IMG/VR virus record: IMGVR_UViG_3300033075_001021
DNA: 64,000 bases
From: a virus
Taxonomy: Duplodnaviria; Caudoviricetes
Direction: 5' to 3' (one strand)
The notes under the pieces are model-generated. The model did no database searches and was not told the DNA's origin. It saw only the letters and a list, made by a program, of their open reading frames with translations. Position numbers and translations under genes: made by a program. Positions 8,643 to 18,235 of the stretch are shown piece after piece (position 1 is the first letter of the stretch; every line of letters starts with the position of its first letter).

Positions 8643-11600
8643 TTATAGCGATTCTTTTATATTATAAACATTAAAGTTTAATATATTCACTTTAAAGTTG
8701 TATTTATTTGCTGATGCTGGTGTAAGCTTACCAAAGTTAAATGTTGTACTATCTTTATCAAAATTAAACGTGAATGTTTGCTCATCACTATTTGCTAACC
8801 ACTCGCCGCTACCAACATTAAACTCTTTATTTGTATTATCAAATACTGTTACCTTGAAATTATACTTCTTCAATCCAGTACCAGTTTGTTTTAGTTTTAA
8901 TGTGACAACCGATTTAAACCCTTCAATAGGTGTTTCATAATGATTACTTGTAACATTAATCGAAACATCATATGTATTTGACGGATTTGCTGGTGTTTCT
9001 TGTTTAGTGATTACCTTATTATTAGCCTCAACTTCATTTTTATTCGTGTTAGATGCCGCAGCTGCTGATTTCTTATCAACTTCATTTCTAGTCAAAGCAC
9101 CAAGAGAATCTGTTACAGGGTTAATACCAGTAACTAATTTATATGTTGGTTCATCATTCTTTTGTTTGCTCTTATCATTACCACTATTATTTGTTTCAAG
9201 CGCTATTGTATCAGCTCTTGGGTCAAAAGTCTGTGTATTTGCAAAATAGTTAAATGATAACGCATTTTGAAGTTTATTGATTGGTCCATATAAACTTGAG
9301 CCACCAATATACTTAAATGATATTGTTACATTGGCAATCATTGGTTGTACACCAACACCCTCTGGATTAAGGTCCCAAACTAAAGGTTCATAATCAATAG
9401 AAACATTATCCATAATAATTTTTGTATTATAAAAATCACCGATTCTAAGTATACATACTGGTGCTGGACCAAATGCTAAATTTTTTGGTCCAGCTTCTGA
9501 TATTGTTGCCCCTTGTCTTGTGCATTGTAACAAAAATGTCAACCTAGAATTAAACCCTTCAGGTGTAGTAGAGTGAAATGCTGGGTGAAAATATCTTATC
9601 CTTTCTTTAAACTTTTCATACACAAATGGGTCTTCTCGTTTTATTTTTTCGAAGAAATCACATTCAGTATAGAATCTATTCTTAACCTGTTGATTTAAAC
9701 TTATTTGCTGTTCGACATCAACAATTTCAGGTACATCATCAATCTCTTTAGCTTTTTCATTGTTTATAAAATAAACTCTTGCATATCTATCCTTTTTTGG
9801 ATTTAATTGGTCGACTGGCGTAGGTTGACCTGTAACACCAGTTGAGTAACCACCGCTGTTTTTTTCACCAGACGCCGCTATGTTAACTATTAATCTTTTT
9901 TCTGGGATACCGTATGATTTCAATAAGTCTTTAACCGCCTTTGCCCTATTAATTGATAGTGTTTGATTTGTTTTATTATAACCTTGAGCACTGGCATGTC
10001 CATCAATCTTAGCAACGCATTCTGGACATGTATCATTCATAAATGTTGCTAAATCCTCTAAATAACCTGGTGATATCCAACCCAAGTAATCGTTATTTAA
10101 TATTTTAATTCTTTGTGAATTTAAACCAAAATCTGTATTATCTGGCCAAACCAAATTTCTATTTCCTCTGGTATATCTTGTGTCCGCTTGATAATCACCA
10201 ATACCAGCTATACGTGCTGATGTTGCTGGGTCAATATGGAAACTTATACCGCTTTCATAGTCAGTATCAATATCTGACCTATCATTTTTAAAATACACTC
10301 TAAATTCATCTGGTACTTTAATTGGTTCAATTGTCTTCTTCTTTAATTTTTTAAATTGTTGTGTTGTTGGTTTTGTTCTTTGCTCTTCAGTTAATTTTCT
10401 CGCCCACTTAGAATCTAAATCAACACAACCAGCAAACCATGAACGAATAAATTCATCACTTGGGCCATCACTACCACCAAATGAATTTACTATTGACGGG
10501 TGGTCAACTATAATACTAAATGAAAGATTTCCAGTTCTTTCAGTATTGTTATATGTATATATTGGTTCACCTCTACCAATGAAATTGGTTGATTCAATAT
10601 TCAAACTACTAGTTTCACTAAACTGAAGATTATATGGTGGGAACCACATGATTTTACCAAATTTATCAGTAAGTAAATCACCAGGTCCTTGTTCGCATGG
10701 TAATAAATTTGCTGCTGGTGTACCAGCCCAAGCTAAATTCTCTATTGAGAACATATACTTTTTAGGGACGGTTGCACTTCTTGTTAAATTATCACCTTTA
10801 TATGGTGCAATCTTAACAAAACCATTATCATCAAGAACTGAACCTTCTAAATTTTGTCTCCAACCACCATTCTTGTCACCCACTGGAAGAATATCATTAC
10901 CTTCAAATTTAGATTTATTTAAACCTCTTTGTCTAATAAGATTTTTAACATAAGCATATCTGTTATATGTTGTCCATGACCTACAAAATGTATTGTCTGC
11001 TGTTTGACCAGTTGTTGACGTTTTAACACTTGTATCTGGGTTGAAGCTTAAACTGGTTAATACTGCTGAACCCCTTGACATACCACCGTTAACAACTGAA
11101 CTTTGAATTTGGGTTGGCCTACCTATTGTCATATCCCCCTTGGTTGACAATATTGTTTTCATACCAACACTATTAAATAATTTTTGTGTTTTAGATAATA
11201 GCGTATGTTTTTCACCAACAAATTGTGTTCCATCTGATGTTGAGTTAATCGGTAGATTTTGACTTGTACTTGAAGGGTCGGCTACCCAACTAAAATCTGG
11301 TCTAAGGGCTTTTGATTCACCACCAGTACTATATGTATTGTTTGTTCCTTTAAAACCGTATTTTTCAATCATCTTATTACGGTTGTAAGAAATTTCAGGA
11401 ATTGGGTCTAATCTTCCAGTATCAAAAAAGTTTAATATACTACCTTCAGCATCCATAAAAACATAACCTTTAGGGTTAATCATTTTTTGTCCCTTGTTGT
11501 TTCTATAGCCTGGCGCATATGCACTTCTAAAAAAACTAAATGGTGCATTTGGGCTATCATAACCTTCTGGTGATGTACCATTTAATGTTGCTGTAAAGTT

Positions 11601-12677
11601 TGCCAATAAAGCTTTTACTTGTCCTTTACCAGTATTTAATATCATACTATTAGCTCTTTCAATATTACCAATAGCACCATTCTCTGATTGAAAAATTGAA
11701 CCAGCTGCTTGAACTCTACTTCTTGGGATTTCAAAACCTAATATTCTTTCAGCCACATTTAATATTCTTCCACCCGTAGTTGAACCAATTGTAATTCTAT
11801 AATTTGGTCTAAACCCAGCTAAATCACCATTCTTAACAAGACTAAGTATATTATCAGTTACATTTAATGAACCTAATATTTCTTGTTCTGTATTGAATGC
11901 TGCATTGTTCGCTAATGCTAACGCTAACTGTTGACCACCAATAATACCAAGTTTGGTGTCTTTCAATAAACCAAGTGCAGTTAATGTACGTCCAGCTAAT
12001 GAAGCCCTAATATCAAAATTGGTAACTAAACCTCCATTACTAATACCAATACCTTGACCATTTAAAATGCTACCCAATATATCTACGCTTTGAGTAAATT
12101 CTCTACTACCTAGATTCAATCCCCCGTATTCATCTAAATAACTACCCATCTGCTGACCAATCATAACTGGTTGAAGAGATATGAAGTCAGCCATATCAAT
12201 TTGTTTAGGTGCATCAAGATATAAATTCTTAATTGTATTTAGTTTTCTATATTGACCAAAATTTGATTTTGCTAATAAACCATATTGAGTAATATCTTGT
12301 TGACTATAATCAGTTGTACCATTTGGTGGTGTTGGGAATATTGGTACCGCAGGTATATTCTCAATATCAAATAAAGAAGGTGCTGAAGGGTCAGTATTCT
12401 TATACCTATTCATGATAATAGCATTATCATATCTAAGTAACCCATCAACCTCAAGACTTACTTGTTGAATAACAACTCCACTACCAACCATGGTATCTAA
12501 GAACGGTTCACCACCTCTTGGTGAACCATTAACTGATGTTGATAGTTGTGGATACCTAATTGGATTTTGAATATTTCTGTGTAATAAGAAATCTCTTATA
12601 CCAAAATCAGTAGCAGTACGTGTTATGGAATTTTTAGTACCTGGTGTAGGGGCACCTGTATCATAAAAAATTGGCAT
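8643..12677 (-). CDS. Baseplate/tube-initiator protein with inserted OmpA_C-like domain
   Basis: 1344 aa. Tube-initiator motifs (FSETSS...FIGRGEPIYTYNNTERT; PVCILRIGDFY...VSIDYE...PMIANVTISFKYIG) flank an OmpA_C-like segment (IDGHASAQGYNKTNQTLSINRAKAVKDLLKSYGIPEKRL). Confidence 0.7.
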   Translation of the reverse strand: MPIFYDTGAPTPGTKNSITRTATDFGIRDFLLHRNIQNPIRYPQLSTSVNGSPRGGEPFLDTMVGSGVVIQQVSLEVDGLLRYDNAIIMNRYKNTDPSAPSLFDIENIPAVPIFPTPPNGTTDYSQQDITQYGLLAKSNFGQYRKLNTIKNLYLDAPKQIDMADFISLQPVMIGQQMGSYLDEYGGLNLGSREFTQSVDILGSILNGQGIGISNGGLVTNFDIRASLAGRTLTALGLLKDTKLGIIGGQQLALALANNAAFNTEQEILGSLNVTDNILSLVKNGDLAGFRPNYRITIGSTTGGRILNVAERILGFEIPRSRVQAAGSIFQSENGAIGNIERANSMILNTGKGQVKALLANFTATLNGTSPEGYDSPNAPFSFFRSAYAPGYRNNKGQKMINPKGYVFMDAEGSILNFFDTGRLDPIPEISYNRNKMIEKYGFKGTNNTYSTGGESKALRPDFSWVADPSSTSQNLPINSTSDGTQFVGEKHTLLSKTQKLFNSVGMKTILSTKGDMTIGRPTQIQSSVVNGGMSRGSAVLTSLSFNPDTSVKTSTTGQTADNTFCRSWTTYNRYAYVKNLIRQRGLNKSKFEGNDILPVGDKNGGWRQNLEGSVLDDNGFVKIAPYKGDNLTRSATVPKKYMFSIENLAWAGTPAANLLPCEQGPGDLLTDKFGKIMWFPPYNLQFSETSSLNIESTNFIGRGEPIYTYNNTERTGNLSFSIIVDHPSIVNSFGGSDGPSDEFIRSWFAGCVDLDSKWARKLTEEQRTKPTTQQFKKLKKKTIEPIKVPDEFRVYFKNDRSDIDTDYESGISFHIDPATSARIAGIGDYQADTRYTRGNRNLVWPDNTDFGLNSQRIKILNNDYLGWISPGYLEDLATFMNDTCPECVAKIDGHASAQGYNKTNQTLSINRAKAVKDLLKSYGIPEKRLIVNIAASGEKNSGGYSTGVTGQPTPVDQLNPKKDRYARVYFINNEKAKEIDDVPEIVDVEQQISLNQQVKNRFYTECDFFEKIKREDPFVYEKFKERIRYFHPAFHSTTPEGFNSRLTFLLQCTRQGATISEAGPKNLAFGPAPVCILRIGDFYNTKIIMDNVSIDYEPLVWDLNPEGVGVQPMIANVTISFKYIGGSSLYGPINKLQNALSFNYFANTQTFDPRADTIALETNNSGNDKSKQKNDEPTYKLVTGINPVTDSLGALTRNEVDKKSAAAASNTNKNEVEANNKVITKQETPANPSNTYDVSINVTSNHYETPIEGFKSVVTLKLKQTGTGLKKYNFKVTVFDNTNKEFNVGSGEWLANSDEQTFTFNFDKDSTTFNFGKLTPASANKYNFKVNILNFNVYNIKESL

Positions 12678-12692
12678 GATTGTAATTTAATA

Positions 12693-12758
12693 ATAAATAT
12701 GACATTGTAAAATTATTTTAACGTGAATTTAATAAAAAGTCATTATTTATATATTTAT
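12693..12758. promoter_or_regulatory. Divergent pair of ATATTTAT late-promoter-like motifs
   Basis: ATATTTAT on the minus strand at 12693-12700 (baseplate gene) and on the plus strand at 12751-12758 (HNH gene). Confidence 0.55.
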
Positions 12759-12762
12759 TAAT

Positions 12763-13350
12763 ATGGGTAGAAAAAAAATACATACTAAAGAAGAAAAAAA
12801 AGAACTTAAAAGGCTTTATGATATTGAATATAAACGAAAAAATAAAGATAAAATTAAAGAACAAAATAAACAATATCGTTTATTAAAAAAAGAAACCTTT
12901 AAATTAAGTGATGAAGCAAAAGAAAAATTAAGATTATATGCAAAACAGTATAGAAAAAACAATCCCAATAAACATAAGGAATATGTAAAAAATAGGTCTA
13001 AAAATGATGTAAAATTTAGATTAACAACCAATATTAGGAATTTAATAAGAAATAGTATTTATAGACAAAGAATTAATAAAAATACCAAAACTGAGAATAT
13101 ATTAGGTTGTTCCTATGATGAATTTAAAAAACATATTGAATCTCAATTTGAGTCATGGATGTCATGGAATAATTACGGTAACCCTAAAGATGGTATATTT
13201 GAACCAAATAAGACTTGGGATATTGACCACATAGTTCCAATTAGCTCTGGAATGACAGAAGAAGAGATTATTAGGTTAAATCATTATACTAATTTAAAAC
13301 CATTATGCAGTTATTATAATCGTTGGGTTAAACGAAACTTAAATCAATAA
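12763..13350 (+). CDS. Free-standing HNH (homing-type) endonuclease
   Basis: 195 aa; Lys/Arg-rich N-terminus, then WDIDHIVPISS...LNHYTNLKPLC..YN..K. Opposite strand to its neighbours and more AT-rich. Confidence 0.85.
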   Translation: MGRKKIHTKEEKKELKRLYDIEYKRKNKDKIKEQNKQYRLLKKETFKLSDEAKEKLRLYAKQYRKNNPNKHKEYVKNRSKNDVKFRLTTNIRNLIRNSIYRQRINKNTKTENILGCSYDEFKKHIESQFESWMSWNNYGNPKDGIFEPNKTWDIDHIVPISSGMTEEEIIRLNHYTNLKPLCSYYNRWVKRNLNQ

Positions 13351-13423
13351 TGGCATACTTTATTTTCTATATAAATACCATTATAGATGAAAATTTGTGA
13401 AAATAAACCTCAATTTAAGCTAT

Positions 13424-13455
13424 TTTAAAATGAAAATAGCCCACTATGGGCTATT
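13424..13455 (-). terminator. Rho-independent terminator
   Basis: AATAGCCC-ATAGT-GGGCTATT followed by TTCATTTT on the minus strand. Confidence 0.7.
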
Positions 13456-13529
13456 ACGTAGTAAATTTGGTTTATTGTATGTAGTAATGTAACTATATAT
13501 TTTTTTTATGTTATTATGTAATACATAAA
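13425..13529 (-). ncRNA. Candidate small RNA of about 100 nt (or 6-codon micro-ORF MYYIIT)
   Basis: Bounded by a consensus promoter (13530-13560) and a terminator (13424-13455), with only a 6-codon ORF between them. Confidence 0.35.
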
Positions 13530-13560
13530 CAAAGTTACGAAATTTTCTTGACATTGTCAA
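13530..13560 (-). promoter_or_regulatory. Bacteroidota-type promoter with a palindrome over -33
   Basis: TTG-ACAATGTCAAGAAAATTTCG (20 nt)-TAACTTTG; inverted repeat CTTGACA-N-TGTCAAG at 13547-13561. Confidence 0.65.
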
Positions 13561-13570
13561 GTACTAATTT

Positions 13571-16099
13571 TTACTTTGGATTTTGATTTTGGGTACCAGA
13601 AGTCGCATTTCTTATCGCCATAGTGACTTTATTTGACAATTCTCTAATGAAAATTGGGTCACCTAAAAGCTCTTTTCCAATTAAATTAGCTGAATTTCCT
13701 TGTAATCTCAATTCAATTGAACCAGTTACATTCAAATCACTTAATTTAATTGAACCTGGTATTGCAGATGGTTGTGATGAAGGAACCATAGTGGTCATCA
13801 ATGCTTTAGCTAATGACTTGTTTCCATTTTCATTTGTTCCAGCTATCATTGTACCATCATTAACCTTCATGAATTTATCTTTAGGGTTAAAAACAACACC
13901 ATCATTTACAGGTCTTGCTTCTGAACCTTTTTTATTATCAAACATTCCACCTATCATTGTACCATCATTAACCTTCATGAATTTATCATTAGGGTTAAAA
14001 ATAACACCATCATTTATATTTGTTCTCTCTGAACCTTTTTTGTTATCAAATTGCCCACCAATCCAACCACCAGCCATTGAACCTAATTGTGCACCAAGCA
14101 TCGTACCAATTGGACCGAAGAACGAACCCAAAGCACCACCAAGAGCACCGCCAGCTATATTACCAATACCTTCACCAACATTACCACTAGAGAATGAGCT
14201 AATACTATTAAGTCCACCAACAACACCACCACCAAGGGCACCACCACCAAACGTACCTAATTTACTAAATACTCTTCCAGCACCACCAACAGCACCACCA
14301 GCAGCACCTGCGCCACCTGTACCCATCCCAATTTGAAAACCTTTAGCTAAGTTTATGCCATTTAATACCCAGCTAGCATTATCCCAAAGGAAACCAAAAA
14401 GTTTAGCAGCGCCAACTACACCAAGTGTAAGTAATGGATGTTTTGTAACAAAACCTAAAAATGTACCAATAACACTACCAATCACCTTAGCGGCCTCTCG
14501 TACCTTTTCACCAATTTTTTCTTTTTGCATCCAAACTCTAAAATCTTTAAGACTATTACCAAAATTTGTTGCTAATTCTGTTGCAATTGGTAAAAGAAAT
14601 TGTTTAAATTGGTCAGTTAATGATTTAATTTGGTCGTCAAATGTCATTGCAGCTTTAGCTCTTTCCTTTAGCGTCTTTTGCTCTTGCATTTTAGCATCAA
14701 CCAAAGCTTTAGCACTACCATGAATTTCATCTAAGAATTTTGTATCAGCACCTATTTTAATAAAAGCTCTACCATTTTCAAATTCTGAAACGTTGGCTAA
14801 AAATTCCTGTTCCTCAGGACTCAAGCCAGTCATAGATATTTTTTCTTTTATTTTAGCAGCCTTTCCAGCCCTTTTAGCGGCCTCTGCTAATTGTTCGTAG
14901 GATATGCCAGTCGCTTCAGCAACTTGCCTTAAACGGGCCATTTCTACGCTTGCTAGCTTAATATTACCGTCCTCATCTAAGGACGCAGATTGCGCCGCAG
15001 CTTCACCAATCGATTTTACCAACCCCTCCATATCATTACGAGCTTGATACATCAATTTGAATGGGTCAGCCAATTGTGACCATTTACCACCCAAAACTTG
15101 AAGCTGAGCAGACATTTCAACAGCACCTTCAATGTTAAATAATTTATCAGCCATTGGTGCAACAGTTTCCATATCAATACCTAATTTGGTTACTGTTTCA
15201 GCCATTTTAGCCAACCCCTTAACACCACCCTTAAAGTTATACCTATTAAGAAGCTTAATGTTGTTTTGTATGTTTTTGATTACTTTTGACGCATTTAGAC
15301 CCATTGAACTAGCATCATTCATTGTCTGTTCAATTAAGTCAGCTGTTTTTTGTGTTGATAAACCTTGTGCATTAAATTCAGCAGTCATCTTAGCCGCTGC
15401 TTCAGCACCTAATCCAGTACCTTTAGCGATATCGCTAATATTGTTTAATCCTTTTTCACTTAAAAGAACTGCCCTACCTAATTCATCTGAATACGTTGCT
15501 TGTATTTCAGCCAAATCTTGAATTGTTGTACCTAATGCAATAGCAGCATCTTGAGCATTTGTAATATTGTCACGGAATTCACCACTTCTAGAACCCAAAA
15601 GGCCCATACTAAGTGCTGAAGTCCTAATGGCTTTGTCCATGTCAAAGATACCAGTACCTTTTAGTTGACCAAAACCAGCTTTCATTAATTTAGGGAACGA
15701 TGCAATAACCTTCCCCATTTCTTTAAAAACAACACCAGTTTTATTAACAGCCTTATATTGTTCGGAATAGAATTTTAAAAGTATAGATAGCTGCCTAATC
15801 TCTTCTTCAATAATTTCTTTGTTCTCACCCTCAGCTTTAAGAGCAGCTTTTTTTAAGGCTGTAATTTCATTCTGAATATCCTTAATCTTCTTTAATCCCT
15901 TAATCAAACCATCCATTCCTTTTTTCATTTCTGATTGGACTTGGTATGATTTTTTAACAGCTTCTAAGTGTTTTTGTGCTTCCTTGCTAAATTGGGAATA
16001 GGTATCCCTGATGTCATCAAGTTGGACACCGACCCTATTTAAAAACTCTAAAAACTGTCGTCTTTCTTCAGGACTTAAATTTGAAAGGTCTATTGGCAT
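13571..16099 (-). CDS. Tail tape measure protein
   Basis: 842 aa, Ala/Gly/Lys-rich helical protein with a Gly-rich hydrophobic stretch (GGALGGALGSFFGPIGTMLGAQLG); directly follows the chaperone pair and tube genes. Confidence 0.85.
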   Translation of the reverse strand: MPIDLSNLSPEERRQFLEFLNRVGVQLDDIRDTYSQFSKEAQKHLEAVKKSYQVQSEMKKGMDGLIKGLKKIKDIQNEITALKKAALKAEGENKEIIEEEIRQLSILLKFYSEQYKAVNKTGVVFKEMGKVIASFPKLMKAGFGQLKGTGIFDMDKAIRTSALSMGLLGSRSGEFRDNITNAQDAAIALGTTIQDLAEIQATYSDELGRAVLLSEKGLNNISDIAKGTGLGAEAAAKMTAEFNAQGLSTQKTADLIEQTMNDASSMGLNASKVIKNIQNNIKLLNRYNFKGGVKGLAKMAETVTKLGIDMETVAPMADKLFNIEGAVEMSAQLQVLGGKWSQLADPFKLMYQARNDMEGLVKSIGEAAAQSASLDEDGNIKLASVEMARLRQVAEATGISYEQLAEAAKRAGKAAKIKEKISMTGLSPEEQEFLANVSEFENGRAFIKIGADTKFLDEIHGSAKALVDAKMQEQKTLKERAKAAMTFDDQIKSLTDQFKQFLLPIATELATNFGNSLKDFRVWMQKEKIGEKVREAAKVIGSVIGTFLGFVTKHPLLTLGVVGAAKLFGFLWDNASWVLNGINLAKGFQIGMGTGGAGAAGGAVGGAGRVFSKLGTFGGGALGGGVVGGLNSISSFSSGNVGEGIGNIAGGALGGALGSFFGPIGTMLGAQLGSMAGGWIGGQFDNKKGSERTNINDGVIFNPNDKFMKVNDGTMIGGMFDNKKGSEARPVNDGVVFNPKDKFMKVNDGTMIAGTNENGNKSLAKALMTTMVPSSQPSAIPGSIKLSDLNVTGSIELRLQGNSANLIGKELLGDPIFIRELSNKVTMAIRNATSGTQNQNPK
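13843..14058 (-). repeat. 108-nt (36-aa) imperfect tandem duplication in the tape measure C-terminus
   Basis: FDNKKGSE....NDGV.FNP.DKFMKVNDGTMI occurs twice; ctatcattgtaccatcattaaccttcatgaatttatc at 13843 and 13951. Confidence 0.9.
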
Positions 16100-16133
16100 T
16101 TCTTTTCTTTATTTTTATAAATATACGAAAATG

Positions 16134-16157
16134 AAAAAAGCCCATTTTCAGGGCTTT
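16134..16157 (-). terminator. Rho-independent terminator
   Basis: AAAGCCC-TGAAAAT-GGGCTTT then TTTCATTTT on the minus strand; an ATATTTAT motif for the tape measure gene follows at 16117-16124. Confidence 0.7.
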
Positions 16158-16432
16158 ATATTAGTGGTACATTTCCACTTTTTATTTGTGATTTTAAGGC
16201 TTCTCCACTGATTACCTTTTTTCTGTTACCATTCGAGCCGCCAGATGTTTTCTGGATTTGTTGCATTCTTTCATGTTCTTCTGATTTATTTTTGACCAAT
16301 AAACCAATATGAAATCTTCTTTCATTTGTTGGCATATTCATAACGTCACCATAACCCATTTTTAAATGAACCATGCAAACATGAATTTCTTCCCATAAAT
16401 TAGCCTTATATTGTAATGTCAGGCCAAAAAAA
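16156..16432 (-). CDS. Tail assembly chaperone C-terminal extension (T-like), probably reached by frameshift
   Basis: Frame overlaps the 3' end of 16406..17602 at a T7 run; the LWEEIH...GDVMNMPTNERRF segment begins before the first ATG in this frame. Confidence 0.7.
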
Positions 16433-17602
16433 CTTGAGGCTAAGCGGAAGAAAGGTTTTAATGGACCCACCTCTTGGAGTCCTAATTTCAACTTCTAAAT
16501 CAACACCCGACTCAATTTTATCAACATATTCCCTAAATTCTTTTGCATCACGTATTCTCATATTGTCAATAAATTGACTTATTGACGCTGGGTTTCTGTC
16601 ACCATTCACTTCAACAATCTGTCTCTGTAATTTATAGGTATTTGCACTATTAACGGGTAACTCTTGTTTTTCATCATTTTCAATCATCAACTCAATATCC
16701 TCAACATCGCCAACTGTTAATAACTTAAACTTTAATTCAGCTTTTGAAACTGGAAGAGTAAATGTAAATAATCCTTCAGCATCTGGGTCAACACCTAAGT
16801 TTTTAACTTTTAATGTTGATAAATCAATTTCTGTGTCGAATGGATTTCCATCTTCATCAAATACAGTAACTGGATACATTTCACCAAATGCTGTTGCTCT
16901 GAGCCACAACATAATAGCGTTTCTATCACCAACATGTAAATCTCTATACCTAATATTAGTTTCTAAAAGTTTTCTATTGATTAAGATTTCTAAAAACTGA
17001 CCACTTTGTAATAGATTTGGTGAAGTAAGAATATTCTCATCAGCTGTTGTCATATACGCAACTCTTACGTTAGGTTTTTTAGATGGATACAATTTACCTT
17101 CAGAAGGTAACGGTAATAAATCAAAAGCCGCATTAAATTGTGGCTGACTTAATTGTTGAATGTAATTGTTTGTGTCGCTCATATTAATTTCGTTAATACT
17201 TTTAACAATAGGTTTTGGCTCAGCTGCCAATACCCTTGTTTCAGGTTCATATTTGTATGATTGTTGTGGTCTTTGTTTTGCTTGCTCATATTGTTTTTCG
17301 TATTCCTGTGTTTTTTGTTGCATTTCAGCAATACGTGCATCCCTCATTTTTAATTGTTCCTCAGTTCTTTTCATCATTGCTTGTACAGCATCTGCCATTG
17401 GTGAACTAGGTGTTTGACTCAATATTGCTTCAGCGGTTCCATTATAAACCTCACTAGCTGCTTGCATTTTTCTTGCCTCATATTCATTATCAACAGATAC
17501 ATTATGTACTGGTGTATCAGCTAATTTATCTGTTCTTATTTGTCCATTTTTTTCAGGCTCTGGCTGACTACTAGGAAAAACATTAGGTCTTTTTTCAGGC
17601 AT
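16406..17602 (-). CDS. Tail assembly chaperone / T4 gp26-like baseplate hub assembly protein
   Basis: 398 aa; LPLPSEGKLY..., YMTTADENIL, GDRNAIMLWLRATAFGEMY, FTLPVSK...FKLLTVGD, ending in FFWP. Sits between tube and tape measure. Confidence 0.75.
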   Translation of the reverse strand: MPEKRPNVFPSSQPEPEKNGQIRTDKLADTPVHNVSVDNEYEARKMQAASEVYNGTAEAILSQTPSSPMADAVQAMMKRTEEQLKMRDARIAEMQQKTQEYEKQYEQAKQRPQQSYKYEPETRVLAAEPKPIVKSINEINMSDTNNYIQQLSQPQFNAAFDLLPLPSEGKLYPSKKPNVRVAYMTTADENILTSPNLLQSGQFLEILINRKLLETNIRYRDLHVGDRNAIMLWLRATAFGEMYPVTVFDEDGNPFDTEIDLSTLKVKNLGVDPDAEGLFTFTLPVSKAELKFKLLTVGDVEDIELMIENDEKQELPVNSANTYKLQRQIVEVNGDRNPASISQFIDNMRIRDAKEFREYVDKIESGVDLEVEIRTPRGGSIKTFLPLSLKFFWPDITI

Positions 17603-17603
17603 A

Positions 17604-18134
17604 TTATTTCTTTTTGAATTTTACTTCATTATATGATATTTGAACATAAATCGTAGACACATCTTTACTCTCGTAATCTAATGGGCTCCAATCAACATTT
17701 GTAATAACACAACCCTTTAATACCCATTTTTCAATAACTTCACCTAATGGGTCCAACACTTCAATTTTTAACTTAAAGGGTTTTTGTGTTTCAATCAATT
17801 TCATTAAGTTTTCTGTTGTAGATGGTTCAACACCATCACGTAATATTACGGTTATTTTACCACCAACATTAAATGGATAAGTTGGTCTAGTTAATCCTTT
17901 TACGTACCATTCTGAAATATTAAATTCTTTAGGGAATATTAAATACCAACGATTTGCCATTTTTGGCTCATACATAAACGGAGTTTTAGAATTCTTAACA
18001 ATATTCTCTTTTCCGTAAACATCTTTGATTTTTTTAGGGAGTTTTTTACCCATTGATTTAGCTTGCCTCGCAGTTCTTTTATACATTTCTTTGGCTTCAT
18101 CCATTGTTGTTGTTGTATAACCTGTTACCATCAT
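17604..18134 (-). CDS. Second tail tube-like protein (gp19 family paralogue)
   Basis: YEPKMANRW...RPTY...IEVLDPLGEVIEKWVLKG...LDY aligns by eye with the adjacent tube protein; about 50-aa basic N-terminal extension. Confidence 0.75.
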   Translation of the reverse strand: MMVTGYTTTTMDEAKEMYKRTARQAKSMGKKLPKKIKDVYGKENIVKNSKTPFMYEPKMANRWYLIFPKEFNISEWYVKGLTRPTYPFNVGGKITVILRDGVEPSTTENLMKLIETQKPFKLKIEVLDPLGEVIEKWVLKGCVITNVDWSPLDYESKDVSTIYVQISYNEVKFKKK

Positions 18135-18184
18135 ATTAAAACATTTGTATCAATAAATATATGAAATTAATTTTTTTTGTAAAT

Positions 18185-18214
18185 AAAAAGCCCTGCAAAT
18201 AATTGCAAGGCTTT
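18185..18214 (-). terminator. Rho-independent terminator after the tube gene
   Basis: AAAGCCTTGCAA-TTAT-TTGCAGGGCTTT followed by TTATTT on the minus strand. Confidence 0.75.
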
Positions 18215-18235
18215 AAGGTATAAGTAAAGAAAAAT

